Shown in pieces: positions 9,131 to 18,739 of a stretch of DNA of 64,000 nt; position 1 is the first letter of the stretch; each line of letters opens with the position of its first letter. Where the stretch lies: assembly GCA_965220745.1 (NCBI GenBank), contig CBDCQT010000007.1, forward strand, positions 160,001 to 224,000. The letters are read 5' to 3'. The translations under genes and the position numbers were made by a program. The DNA comes from Alphaproteobacteria bacterium (GTDB lineage: Bacteria; Pseudomonadota; Alphaproteobacteria; UBA828). The notes below the pieces were generated by a model. That model saw only the letters and a program-made list of their open reading frames with translations. It searched no databases and had not been told where the DNA came from.

Positions 9131-10126
9131 ATGAGACGCGCCCTCCTATGGCCGCTCACGGGCGTGGCGGTCGTGGTGGGTCTCGCCGTCGTCCTCGCGA
9201 TCGCAGGTTGGCTCTACGTCCACAGCCAGTTCGACACGCCGGGGCCCGCACGCGCCGAGCACACCGTGGTCCTGCCCCAGGGGCTGAGTGCCTTCGACAT
9301 CGCCGATGTGCTGGAGGAGGCAGGGGTCATCGACGATCCGTTGCTCTTCGTCGCGGCCCTCTGGATCGAGGACAAGCAGCACGCGCTCAAGGCCGGCGAA
9401 TACGTGTTCGAGGCGCTGGTCACGCCGCGCGGCGTGATGGAGAAGCTGGTGACTGGCGACACCCTCGTACACCGGCTCACCGTCGCCGAGGGAATGACCA
9501 GTGCCGAGATCGTGGCCGCGCTCAACGCGACGTCCAGGCTCGAGGGCGAGATCGAAGAGGTCCCTCCGGAAGGCTCGCTCCTGCCCGAGACCTATCACTA
9601 TGCGCTAGGGGACAACCGCGCCGTCCTCATCGAGCGGATGCAGCGGGACATGGTGCGCCTGGTCGACGAGCTGTGGGAAGCCCGCGATCCCGCGCTCGCC
9701 CTCGACGACGCGCGGCAGGCGGTAATACTGGCCTCCGTCGTGGAGAAGGAGACCGGCGTTGCCGACGAGCGGCCGGTGATCGCCGGCGTTTTCCTCAACC
9801 GGCTGCGCGAGAACATGCGGCTGCAATCGGACCCGACCGTCATCTACGCGCTGACAGGGGGCAGGGGTCCACTCGGCCGGGCGCTGACCCGGTCCGATCT
9901 CCGCATCGAGAGCCCTTACAACACCTACCGCGTGCGCGGCCTTCCGCCGGGTCCCATCGCCAATCCGGGGCGCGCGGCGCTTGCCGCAGTCCTGAACCCG
10001 GCTGAGACCGACGCGCTCTACTTCGTTGCTGACGGCTCCGGCGGGCATGCGTTCGCGAAGACCCTGGACGAGCACAACCGCAACGTCGCGCGCTGGCGCG
10101 CCAAGCGCGCTGCGTCAAAGAAGTAA
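9131..10126 (+). CDS. mltG: Endolytic transglycosylase MltG (YceG)
   Basis: Start MRRALLWP with a TM anchor; EGSLLPETY, ASVVEKET, LQSDPTVIY and SPYNTY...GLPPGPIANPG. Confidence 0.95.
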   Translation: MRRALLWPLTGVAVVVGLAVVLAIAGWLYVHSQFDTPGPARAEHTVVLPQGLSAFDIADVLEEAGVIDDPLLFVAALWIEDKQHALKAGEYVFEALVTPRGVMEKLVTGDTLVHRLTVAEGMTSAEIVAALNATSRLEGEIEEVPPEGSLLPETYHYALGDNRAVLIERMQRDMVRLVDELWEARDPALALDDARQAVILASVVEKETGVADERPVIAGVFLNRLRENMRLQSDPTVIYALTGGRGPLGRALTRSDLRIESPYNTYRVRGLPPGPIANPGRAALAAVLNPAETDALYFVADGSGGHAFAKTLDEHNRNVARWRAKRAASKK

Positions 10127-10138
10127 CCGGAGGACGAT

Positions 10139-11035
10139 TTGGGCGACACTTCGGGCATTTCCAGCATGACCGGATTCGCGAGGGCGAGCGGCAGCGACGG
10201 TGCGGCTGGCTGGAGTTGGGAGGTCAAGAGCGTGAACGGGCGGGCGCTGGATATCCGCTGCCGCCTGCCGCAGGGGCTAGAGCGGCTCGACCCGGCAGTA
10301 CGAAGCGCGGTCTCGGCCCGTCTCCGGCGCGGCAACGTCACGGTGGGGCTCAGGCTCTCCCAGGCGCCGGAAGCCGCCGACCTGCGGGTCAACCGGGCCT
10401 GGCTCGACGAGTTGATAGCGCTCGCCGCCGAGTACCGTGGGAGGGACGACATCGCGCCGCCGCGCCTCGACGGCATGCTGGCGCTACGCGGTGTCATCGA
10501 GACCGCGGAATCAGCCGTCGACGCCGAGGGCGCCCAGGACGACGCTGCCTTGCTGGAGACGCTGGATGTCGCACTCGCGGAGCTGGTGCGCGAGCGGCAG
10601 GCCGAGGGGGCTGCGCTCGCGGACGCGCTGACGGCTCGGATCGAGGAAATCACGGAGCTGACGCACCAGGCCGAGGCGTTGGCGCCCACGCGCCAGGAGG
10701 CGCTCGGTGCGCGGCTGCGCGAGCAGGTGGCGGCGTTGATCGACGCTGGCGCGCCGGTGCCCGAGGATCGGTTGGCAACGGAGCTCGCGCTCCTCGCCGT
10801 CAAGATCGACGTGACTGAGGAGATCGACCGGCTCAAGTCCCACTGCGCAGCGGCGGCACGTCATCTGCAGGAGGGGGTTGCTGTCGGACGCAAGCTGGAT
10901 TTCCTGGCGCAAGAGTTCAACCGGGAGGCCAACACGCTCTGCTCCAAAGCCTCTCATGCCGCGCTCACGGAGGTCGGACTCGCGCTCAAGGCCGCCATCG
11001 ACCAGTTCCGTGAGCAGGCGCAGAACGTGGAGTAG
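10139..11035 (+). CDS. yicC: YicC/YloC family endoribonuclease
   Basis: SMTGFAR, WEVKSVNGRALD and GRKLDFLAQEFNREANTLCSK; TTG start with GGAGG SD. Confidence 0.95.
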   Translation: MGDTSGISSMTGFARASGSDGAAGWSWEVKSVNGRALDIRCRLPQGLERLDPAVRSAVSARLRRGNVTVGLRLSQAPEAADLRVNRAWLDELIALAAEYRGRDDIAPPRLDGMLALRGVIETAESAVDAEGAQDDAALLETLDVALAELVRERQAEGAALADALTARIEEITELTHQAEALAPTRQEALGARLREQVAALIDAGAPVPEDRLATELALLAVKIDVTEEIDRLKSHCAAAARHLQEGVAVGRKLDFLAQEFNREANTLCSKASHAALTEVGLALKAAIDQFREQAQNVE

Positions 11036-11038
11036 GCG

Positions 11039-11707
11039 GTGAGCGTCTCCACCGACAATCCGGCCTTTGGGCGTCGCGGTCTCTTGCTGGTGCTGTCCTC
11101 TCCCTCCGGTGCGGGCAAGACCACCATTACCCGCCGCCTAGTCGAGCTTGAAGGCGACGGAGTCGAAATCTCGGTCTCGCACACGACGCGGCCCAAGCGA
11201 CCGGACGAGATGGACGGCCGCGATTATCACTTCGTCGACGAGGCCGGGTTCACGCGTCTGCGGGAGCGCGGGGCGTTCCTGGAATGCGCGGAGGTGTTCG
11301 GCCACTGGTACGGCACCGCCCGCGACCCGGTCGAAAGCGCGCTCGATGCCGGCCGCGATGTCGTCTTCGACATCGACTGGCAGGGCAGCCAGCAGCTTGC
11401 CGAGGCCGTGCAGGGCGATCTGGTCCGCATCTTCATCCTGCCGCCGTCGCTGGAGGCGCTGGAAGAACGACTCAAGCGCCGTGCTCAGGACACGCCCGCC
11501 GTGGTCGCGGAACGCATGAGCCGCGCCGCTGACGAGATGAGCCACTACGACGAATACGACTACGTGGTGGTCAACACCGCGCTCGAACGCTCCGTCGAGG
11601 ACGTGCGTTCGATCCTCTGCGCCGAGCGGCTGCGCCGGGATCGCCTGAAAGGGCTCGACGAATTCGTGCGCAAACTCACGGTGGGCACGAAGCCGCCTCA
11701 GGGCTAA
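11039..11707 (+). CDS. gmk: Guanylate kinase
   Basis: SSPSGAGKTT, SVSHTTR, DGRDYHF and DIDWQG. Confidence 0.97.
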   Translation: MSVSTDNPAFGRRGLLLVLSSPSGAGKTTITRRLVELEGDGVEISVSHTTRPKRPDEMDGRDYHFVDEAGFTRLRERGAFLECAEVFGHWYGTARDPVESALDAGRDVVFDIDWQGSQQLAEAVQGDLVRIFILPPSLEALEERLKRRAQDTPAVVAERMSRAADEMSHYDEYDYVVVNTALERSVEDVRSILCAERLRRDRLKGLDEFVRKLTVGTKPPQG

Positions 11708-12191
11708 CCCGCGCTATCGCACCTTTCACACCGTCGAGGGCACCAGGGGCAAGCGCCAGCGCGAGCAGCCGGCCGGATTCCTTGAGGCCAGGAAGGGTGA
11801 TCCCGTAGCGCGCTGCGCTCTTGAATCCGAAACGGCCGAGATAACCCTGCGCGCCCACTGCGACGACGGTCGTGTGTCCCGCCGCTGCAGCCCGATCGAG
11901 TGCGGTTCGGATTAGTAGTCCTCCGATTCCGCGTCCCTCTTGGGGCGGGTCCACGGCGATCGGCCCTAGAAGCAGCGCCGATCCCGTTGCGCCAATCCGT
12001 ACAGGCCAGTGCCGGATCGTACCGAGGATTCGGCCTTCGGTCTCGGCGACGAGGCAGAGGCTGTGCACGGGCTCAACACCCGCGCGCAGGCGGTAGGAAG
12101 GGCGGGAATGACGGTCCGCGCCAAAGGCACGGTCCAGCAGGGACTCGATCTCCGGGCCGTCTTGCGGCCGCTCTTTACGGATGGGGGGCAT
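11676..12191 (-). CDS. GNAT family N-acetyltransferase (YhbS-like)
   Basis: LLLGPIAVDPPQEGRGIGGLLI acetyl-CoA binding motif; YLGRFGF. Confidence 0.88.
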   Translation of the reverse strand: MPPIRKERPQDGPEIESLLDRAFGADRHSRPSYRLRAGVEPVHSLCLVAETEGRILGTIRHWPVRIGATGSALLLGPIAVDPPQEGRGIGGLLIRTALDRAAAAGHTTVVAVGAQGYLGRFGFKSAARYGITLPGLKESGRLLALALAPGALDGVKGAIARVSPEAASCPP

Positions 12192-12346
12192 GGCGCTCTA
12201 CTCTCGACGACGGACGGGCAAGGTGGTGATGCCGCAGCGCCGGTGGCACCGCGGTGTCAGCGGTCTCGTCGTCGCTCGCGAGCACAGCGTGGCATGAAAG
12301 GGTGACTAAGGCGTACCGGGCGCATTGGCAAGCAGAATTGCCGCGC

Positions 12347-13219
12347 TCAGGTGTGCCGCATCGCTGCCCAAGCATGGGCAAGGGCGCAGAATTCGGTAAC
12401 CGAGAGCGTCTCCGCCCGCGCTTCGGGCGAGATGCCGGCACGCTCCAGCAGCACCAGCGGCTCCGGTGTCAGTGTGCGCAGCGCGCGGCGCAGCATTTTT
12501 CTGCGCTGACCGAATGCCGCGCGGGTCACGGCGTCGAGGGCGTCGGGCTCCGCCGGTGCGAGCGGCGCAGCCCGCGGCACCAGGCGAACCACCGATGAAA
12601 GCACGCCGGGCGGCGGCACGAAGGCGCGCGGGCTCACATCGAACAGGCGCTCGCAGGTGCAGAGCCACTGCGCCCGCACCGAAAGGCCGCCGTAGTCCTT
12701 CCCGCCGGTCGCGGTGATCCGTGCGGCCACCTCCTTCTGGAACATGAGGGTCATGCTCTCGATCCACTCGACCTGCTCCAGCCATCGCAATAAGAGCCGC
12801 GTGCCGACGTTGTAGGGGAGATTCGCCACGATCCCGATGCGGGCGGGCCTGAGAGTCGCGATATCGAAGGAGAGGGCGTCACCCTCGACGATCTCGAGCC
12901 GATCAGGATAGCGCGCCTGGAGCTCGTCGAGCGCGGCCACGCAGCGGTGGTCCTTCTCGACTGCGACGACACGGGCTGCGCCGGCCGCGAGCAGCGCCCT
13001 GGTCAGTCCGCCCGGTCCTGGCCCCACCTCCAATATGGCGGCCGAGGCGCCGGGCTGGGCTGTCCGCGCAATTCTCTCGCACAGGCTAGGATCAAGGAGG
13101 AAATGCTGACCGAGCGCTCGCTTGGGATGCAGTCCGTGGCGCGCGATGACGGCAGAGAGCGGCGGCAGCCGGGCGTCGCAGCCGGCGTCTTCCCCACCGG
13201 GGTCGCTTGTGCCGGTCAA
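12347..13219 (-). CDS. rsmA: 16S rRNA adenine dimethyltransferase
   Basis: LGQHFL, EVGPGPGGLT, ANLPYNVGT and LMFQKEVA. Confidence 0.97.
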   Translation of the reverse strand: MTGTSDPGGEDAGCDARLPPLSAVIARHGLHPKRALGQHFLLDPSLCERIARTAQPGASAAILEVGPGPGGLTRALLAAGAARVVAVEKDHRCVAALDELQARYPDRLEIVEGDALSFDIATLRPARIGIVANLPYNVGTRLLLRWLEQVEWIESMTLMFQKEVAARITATGGKDYGGLSVRAQWLCTCERLFDVSPRAFVPPPGVLSSVVRLVPRAAPLAPAEPDALDAVTRAAFGQRRKMLRRALRTLTPEPLVLLERAGISPEARAETLSVTEFCALAHAWAAMRHT

Positions 13220-14184
13220 ATCCGCACGTCGATGAACGCCGATCGGTGCAGGTCGCGCACGTAGCGCCGCGCGAGCATCTCCAGCCTGCGTCCCGCGATG
13301 TCCTGCCGGATCCTCTCTCGATCGAGCCCGGCGGCAGGCGCGTCCGCGAGCACCGCGCGGCGGTCAATCAGCGAGACGATGTAGTAACCGTCGAACGCCC
13401 GCACCGGGGATGTAATCGATCCGGGTTCTGTCTCGGCGAGCACGGCCTCAATCTCGCTCGGGAGCTGTCCTTCGACGACCCAGCCGATGTCGCCGCCGAC
13501 CGCGGCGGTAGCGCTCTGCGAGAATTGACGGGCGATCTGGGCGAAGTTGGCGCCGCCCGTCAGCTGCCTGTAGAGGCTCGCGGCGGCGGCGCGGACCTCA
13601 TCCTCCTGCTCACTCGATTCGACCGCCAAAAAAATCTCCGCGACACGATATTCGGGTCGCCCTCGGTTGGCTTCAAGCCGGGCGATCGCCTCGTCGATTT
13701 CGCCCTCGCCGACCGAGACCGCGGCGCCCAGGCGGCGGCGCACGAGCTTGGACCAGAGGATCTCTGCGCGGAGCTGCTCCCCGACGGTGGCGACGTCCAG
13801 CCCCTGGCGCCGCAGGAAGTCGTCGAGCGCGCCGGCCGGGATTCCGTTGCGTTGCTCTACGCTCCGCCGCGCGTTCGCCATGTCGGCCTCGCTGACGGTT
13901 ACCCCGAGACGCTCTGCCTCCTGCACCTTCAGACGTTCGTCGATGAGCGAGCGAAGCACTTGCGGTGCCAGCTGGCGGCGCAGCTCCTCGCTGACCTGCA
14001 ATCGGGACGACACGATGGCGACGTCGATGCGCCGCACGAGATCGGGGATCGAGATCGCCTCGCTGTTGACAACAGCGGCGATCCTCACGACCTCCTGGCC
14101 CCTCGCGCGGTCCACCGGCACGAGCACGATCGGCAGCAGCGCGAACAACAGCACAGCCGCCCGAGCGATCGGTAGATATCTCAT
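13216..14184 (-). CDS. surA: SurA-type periplasmic chaperone/peptidylprolyl isomerase (single parvulin domain)
   Basis: Signal peptide, IAAVVNSEAIS and FAQIARQFSQSATAAVGGDIGW; directly after lptD. Confidence 0.9.
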   Translation of the reverse strand: MRYLPIARAAVLLFALLPIVLVPVDRARGQEVVRIAAVVNSEAISIPDLVRRIDVAIVSSRLQVSEELRRQLAPQVLRSLIDERLKVQEAERLGVTVSEADMANARRSVEQRNGIPAGALDDFLRRQGLDVATVGEQLRAEILWSKLVRRRLGAAVSVGEGEIDEAIARLEANRGRPEYRVAEIFLAVESSEQEDEVRAAAASLYRQLTGGANFAQIARQFSQSATAAVGGDIGWVVEGQLPSEIEAVLAETEPGSITSPVRAFDGYYIVSLIDRRAVLADAPAAGLDRERIRQDIAGRRLEMLARRYVRDLHRSAFIDVRI

Positions 14185-14191
14185 AGCCGCC

Positions 14192-16348
14192 TCAGCCCGC
14201 GTGTTTCAGATTGACGGTCAAGTGCCATACCGTACCCGGCTCTACGTCTCGGTCTCGGGTAAAGGAGCGCGATACACCCGTGCCGATAACGATACATTCA
14301 TCTTCATAGAAAAGACCCACATTCCAGTTAATGGAAGCGTTATCCTCCAGGTCGCGGCGGGCCCCGGCGGAGAGGGTCCAGTTGTCCCAGGGACTCGCAA
14401 TCATCTCCATGAGCCCCTCTCTACCCCCGACGAAGTTCCCAATGACGCTTTCCGGCGGCCGGTCCACATCGGCGAAACCGAGCCGGGCGCGCAGCCATTC
14501 CGGACCGGCGGCAAGGTCGATTTCGTTGCGTCTGACGGTGAAGTCACGGTGGTCGAGACGGAACCGCAGGGAAAAATCGAGCCAAGGCGACGGTTCCACG
14601 TGGATGCGGCCGACGTAGTCCGACATCCGATCTTCGAGGCCGCTGCCTGGCTCGAACGGCGAATCGTCCTTTGCCCGTGCGCTCTGTCCGATCAGCGTGG
14701 TCGCCCGGCCCCCGCCGGGGCCGTAAAAGCCGAGGCGCACGCCGTAATTGACACGCGGTCCGGTCTCGATGCGGTCGAGGCCGGTGTGGCGGTTGGTGCT
14801 GAACAGATTGGTGTGATCGAACTCAAGATCCCGGCTGTCCTCGTTGGGGATCTTGTGGGGATTGCCGCCATCGGGGCTGATGACGCCCTGTATGATCGGT
14901 TCGATAAGCTGCCGCAGGGAGCCAATCCGCGTGATGAGCGGATAGCGCCACTCGACGGCGAGCTCGGGTACGAACCGTCCCGCCGTTTCGCTCCTCATCA
15001 CGCCGTAGGGATCTCCTCGATCGGCCGGGGTGTAGGCGTGATAGAGGTCGCCTCGCAGGCTTGCATCGATGCGGAAGAGATGGCCGCCCGGCAGGATCAT
15101 CGGCCGGTGCCAGCCGCCGGCAATCGAGAGCCGCCGCGAGTCGGTTCCGTCCAGGCGCTCCAGGATCATGAGATTGGCGTCGAGCGTGGTGTAGCCGCCG
15201 GCATAGTCGGGCGCGCTCACGAGGTGCGCATCGAGCAGGGGAAGAACGATCGGGCTCTGGTCCCCCTGCTTACCGGCCCGGAGGTCCTGGAACAGGTAGC
15301 CGGCGCCCGACATGTAGCTGCGCTGGTGGAACCGCTCCGCAAACAGGGTCGTGACCAGATCGTCCTTTGATGAGATGCCGTAGCGGCGCAGATAGGTGTC
15401 GTCGAGGGCGCGCTCCAGATTGAAGCCCCATCGCCAGGTCTCGTCGATGTCGAAGAGACCATGGCCGAAGACGTGCCCCCGAATCCTGTTGCCATCCTCG
15501 TCGGCGGTGAGGGCACGCGTGATGCTCGCTTCGATCTCGAACTGACCATCCCACGTGCGCTCGCGGTATTCGCCAGCCAGCACAGCACTTTCTTGGGCGG
15601 TGAACCGGGGCGAAAAGGTCACATCCCGGTCAGGCGCGAGCGACCAGTAGTAGGGAATGGTCACCTCGGCGCCGAGTGCAGTGGAGCTGCTGTAGGACGG
15701 GGCCAGGAACCCGCTCTGGCGCACCACGCTCGGATCGGGATGACGGAAATAGGGCGTGTACAAGATCGGCAGACCGAAGAACTCGAGCGATGCGTCGCGG
15801 TAGGTGATGGAGTGCTCAACCTGATCGTGGATCACACGCGCTGCCTTGAACTGCCAGAGCGGTGCCGGCGCGGGATCGTCCGGGCATAGTTCGCACGGTG
15901 AATACACCGCCTTCCGCATTACCATACGGGTGCCGTCGATACGCTTAGCGCCGCTCGCAACGAGCCGCGACTGGTCCGCCAAGAGGACACTCAAACGATG
16001 AATCACGCCGTCTCTCAAGTCGCCGGTGAGCTCGACGGACTCGGCGAATATCACCTCGCCGGTGGGCTCCCGCAGTGCGACGTCGCCCGATGCCGTCACC
16101 ACGTCGTCGCGGCGCCGGTAGTGGATACTGTCGGCACGCAGCACCCGCCCACCCTGTGCGACCTCGACGTTGCCGGAGGCGATGACCGTGTCGGTGGCCT
16201 GGTCGTAGGTCAGCTCGTCGGCGGTCATCAGGAGATCGCCTGTCATCAGGTCGCCGAGACCGGGCGCGGCGTCCGTCTGCTGCGCTCGCGTTTCCAGCGA
16301 CGAGAGGGCCAGAAGACACGCGAAAACGAGCGGCGCGAGGGCCTTCAT
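14192..16348 (-). CDS. lptD: LPS assembly outer-membrane protein LptD
   Basis: Signal peptide from MKALAP; ADELTYD, YSPCELC, PYFRHPDPSVVRQSGFLAP, PNEDS and YEDEC. Confidence 0.95.
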   Translation of the reverse strand: MKALAPLVFACLLALSSLETRAQQTDAAPGLGDLMTGDLLMTADELTYDQATDTVIASGNVEVAQGGRVLRADSIHYRRRDDVVTASGDVALREPTGEVIFAESVELTGDLRDGVIHRLSVLLADQSRLVASGAKRIDGTRMVMRKAVYSPCELCPDDPAPAPLWQFKAARVIHDQVEHSITYRDASLEFFGLPILYTPYFRHPDPSVVRQSGFLAPSYSSSTALGAEVTIPYYWSLAPDRDVTFSPRFTAQESAVLAGEYRERTWDGQFEIEASITRALTADEDGNRIRGHVFGHGLFDIDETWRWGFNLERALDDTYLRRYGISSKDDLVTTLFAERFHQRSYMSGAGYLFQDLRAGKQGDQSPIVLPLLDAHLVSAPDYAGGYTTLDANLMILERLDGTDSRRLSIAGGWHRPMILPGGHLFRIDASLRGDLYHAYTPADRGDPYGVMRSETAGRFVPELAVEWRYPLITRIGSLRQLIEPIIQGVISPDGGNPHKIPNEDSRDLEFDHTNLFSTNRHTGLDRIETGPRVNYGVRLGFYGPGGGRATTLIGQSARAKDDSPFEPGSGLEDRMSDYVGRIHVEPSPWLDFSLRFRLDHRDFTVRRNEIDLAAGPEWLRARLGFADVDRPPESVIGNFVGGREGLMEMIASPWDNWTLSAGARRDLEDNASINWNVGLFYEDECIVIGTGVSRSFTRDRDVEPGTVWHLTVNLKHAG

Positions 16349-16358
16349 GATGTCGCCG

Positions 16359-17453
16359 CTATCCGTCCTCGAGATGGAACAGGCCCGCAACGCCAAGCAA
16401 CGTGAAAATGCCCGTCGGGGTCCACGCAGCGAGCACCGGTGGCAGCTTGCCGGAAAGGCCGAGGGCGAGCACCAAGTCCGAGATGAAATAGAGGAGAAAG
16501 CCAGTGAGCAATCCGGCCAGGACCAGCACCCAGGTGCCCCGCCGCGTGAAACGGAGCGAAAAGGTCGCTGCAATCAGAACCATCGCACAAAGGAGGAGGG
16601 GGACAGAGAGAAGCGAGTGCCAGTGCAGGCGGTGCTTCACCGAAGAGAAGCCGGACTCGTCCAACACCTTTATGAAGCCAGGCAACGCCCAGAAGGACAG
16701 GGTCTCCGGCGGCGAGAAGCTGTTCTGGATGCGCTCCAGGGTGAGGTCGGTTGGCACGCGAGCGTTCGCCCGATGCCGGGCCGGCTCGTCCGGCGCGCTG
16801 AAGAGGGCATCCTGCAGGTTCCAGTATCCGTCCTCCAGCCGGGCCTCGGCGGCATCGATCCGCCCGACGAACTGATCTTTCTTTGCGTACAGGAAGATGA
16901 TCGTGTCGTAGAGCGTCATGGTCTCCTGATCGATGCGCTCAGCGTGAACCACCGATTGGCTCTCCGAATCCCCCTGCCTGAGCCAGATGCCGGACTTCGA
17001 GAGCTCCATGAGGCTCGACTTGCCGCGCAAGTGGGTCACGTCCATCTGTTCGAACCGCGATGTCGTGGCGGAGGCCAGCGGGTTGACGACGGTCATGAAG
17101 AGGCCGCCTAGCAGTGCCGCGATGACCAGCGCAGGCAGCAGGAATTGCCAGACCGAGACGCCCGCCGCCCGCGCCACCACGAGCTCGCGGCTCCGCGTCA
17201 TCTTCGCGAAGGTCACGATACCGCCGACGAGAACGATAAAGGGCAGCGCCTTCTGCGCCATGAAGGGGATGTGCAGCGAGGCCATCTGGAGCACGGTTTC
17301 GATGGTCGCTGTCTTGTCCGGCCCGGAGGCGCGGCGCAGCAGCTCGATGGTATCGGCAATGAGGATGGTCAACATGACGAGCAGGAACACAAGCGCGACG
17401 CTCTGCAGGTATTGCCTGCCCATGTAGAGCGAGAGGGTAGAGGAGAGACGCAC
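16359..17453 (-). CDS. lptG: LPS export ABC permease LptG
   Basis: YjgP/YjgQ layout; SRELVVARAAGVSVWQFLLP. Confidence 0.93.
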   Translation of the reverse strand: MRLSSTLSLYMGRQYLQSVALVFLLVMLTILIADTIELLRRASGPDKTATIETVLQMASLHIPFMAQKALPFIVLVGGIVTFAKMTRSRELVVARAAGVSVWQFLLPALVIAALLGGLFMTVVNPLASATTSRFEQMDVTHLRGKSSLMELSKSGIWLRQGDSESQSVVHAERIDQETMTLYDTIIFLYAKKDQFVGRIDAAEARLEDGYWNLQDALFSAPDEPARHRANARVPTDLTLERIQNSFSPPETLSFWALPGFIKVLDESGFSSVKHRLHWHSLLSVPLLLCAMVLIAATFSLRFTRRGTWVLVLAGLLTGFLLYFISDLVLALGLSGKLPPVLAAWTPTGIFTLLGVAGLFHLEDG

Positions 17454-17465
17454 CGGCCGTGGCTC

Positions 17466-18590
17466 CTACCCGCGCGCGCGCGGCTCAGCCGCCGCAGTGC
17501 GGCCACCGAGGAAACGCGGTAAGCGGTGGCGAAGCACGACCATCGCCGCGGCGATCATGAGGACCGGGTTGAGATACATGAGTGGGATGAGACTGCTGTT
17601 CTTGGCGGTCGCGTTGACCAGGAAGAGCGCCACGGCCTCGAGCATGACCCCGGCTGCAATGGCGACGAGGATCCGACGCCACTGCCCCCGCCGGTCGACG
17701 TTGCCGGAGAGCAGCGCTGCAAGCCCGATGGCGGCAAGCGCATAGCCGAACAGCGGCGAGACGATGCGGTTGTGCGCTTCGGAGAGGAACTTGCCCCGCA
17801 GCCGCTCCGCCCCCTCGCTTGCGGGGTCGAGGAGCTCGTCAATAAACCGCTCTCGCGGCCCGCGCCAGCGCGTGCCTCCGGGTTGGATGAAATCACCCAA
17901 GTCGATTGTGTAGCGTTCGAAATTGAGCAACGAGAGTTTTGACGAGTCCCGGTCGATCCGTTGTCGGTGGCCGTTGATGAGGATGAAGCGCGGCCCCTCA
18001 TCGGTCTGCACCAGAATGCCCTGCTCGGCCATCATCGTGACCGGCCGTTCCTGTTCCCGGGCGTCGTGCACGAGGATGCCGTTGAGCGTGCTGCCCTCAC
18101 GCCCGCGAATGTAGACGGTGACGCCCTCGGTCAGTGTGTTGAAGGTACCCTCCTCCAGGAGAAGCGCCGAGTGATCGCTGCGCAGGACAAACTGCCGCTC
18201 CTTGAACTCCCTGTAGCTGACCGGCATCACGTACATGATGATCGCGTAGGAGATGACGACGACAATCGTGGCCATCACCAGCGCGGGCTTCGCCAGCGAC
18301 CACTGACTCACGCCGGCTGCGCGCAGGCTGACCAGCTCACTGTCGATGATGAGCTTGTTGTAAACGAAGAGCAGCGCACAGAAGAATGCGATCGGCAGGA
18401 TCGCGCTCAGGAATGTGGGCAGCACCAGCATGCTCATCAGCAGGAAGGCGCTGAACGACAGACCCTTGTTGACTATCAGGTCGATGATGCGCAGCGACTG
18501 CGATAGCCAGACGACCGCCGTGAGCCCCACCGTAACAAGCAGGAAGGGGGCTATAAGCTGGCGCAGCAGGTAACGCTGGTAGCGAGGCAT
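17466..18590 (-). CDS. lptF: LPS export ABC permease LptF
   Basis: VWLSQSLRIIDLIVNKG, DSELVSLRAAGVS and EGTFN. Confidence 0.93.
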   Translation of the reverse strand: MPRYQRYLLRQLIAPFLLVTVGLTAVVWLSQSLRIIDLIVNKGLSFSAFLLMSMLVLPTFLSAILPIAFFCALLFVYNKLIIDSELVSLRAAGVSQWSLAKPALVMATIVVVISYAIIMYVMPVSYREFKERQFVLRSDHSALLLEEGTFNTLTEGVTVYIRGREGSTLNGILVHDAREQERPVTMMAEQGILVQTDEGPRFILINGHRQRIDRDSSKLSLLNFERYTIDLGDFIQPGGTRWRGPRERFIDELLDPASEGAERLRGKFLSEAHNRIVSPLFGYALAAIGLAALLSGNVDRRGQWRRILVAIAAGVMLEAVALFLVNATAKNSSLIPLMYLNPVLMIAAAMVVLRHRLPRFLGGRTAAAEPRARG

Positions 18591-18739
18591 GGCTCATTAT
18601 AGCGGGTCGTGCGCCGGAACGGGTGCATGCCGATGGCGGCACCGACCACAGGCGCTGTGCAGATCACGCTCGCTCTACAGGCTCTGGCCGGTGATGGCGG
18701 AGGAATAGCGCTTCGCGCGGAGCGGCCGGCTGCACCGGG

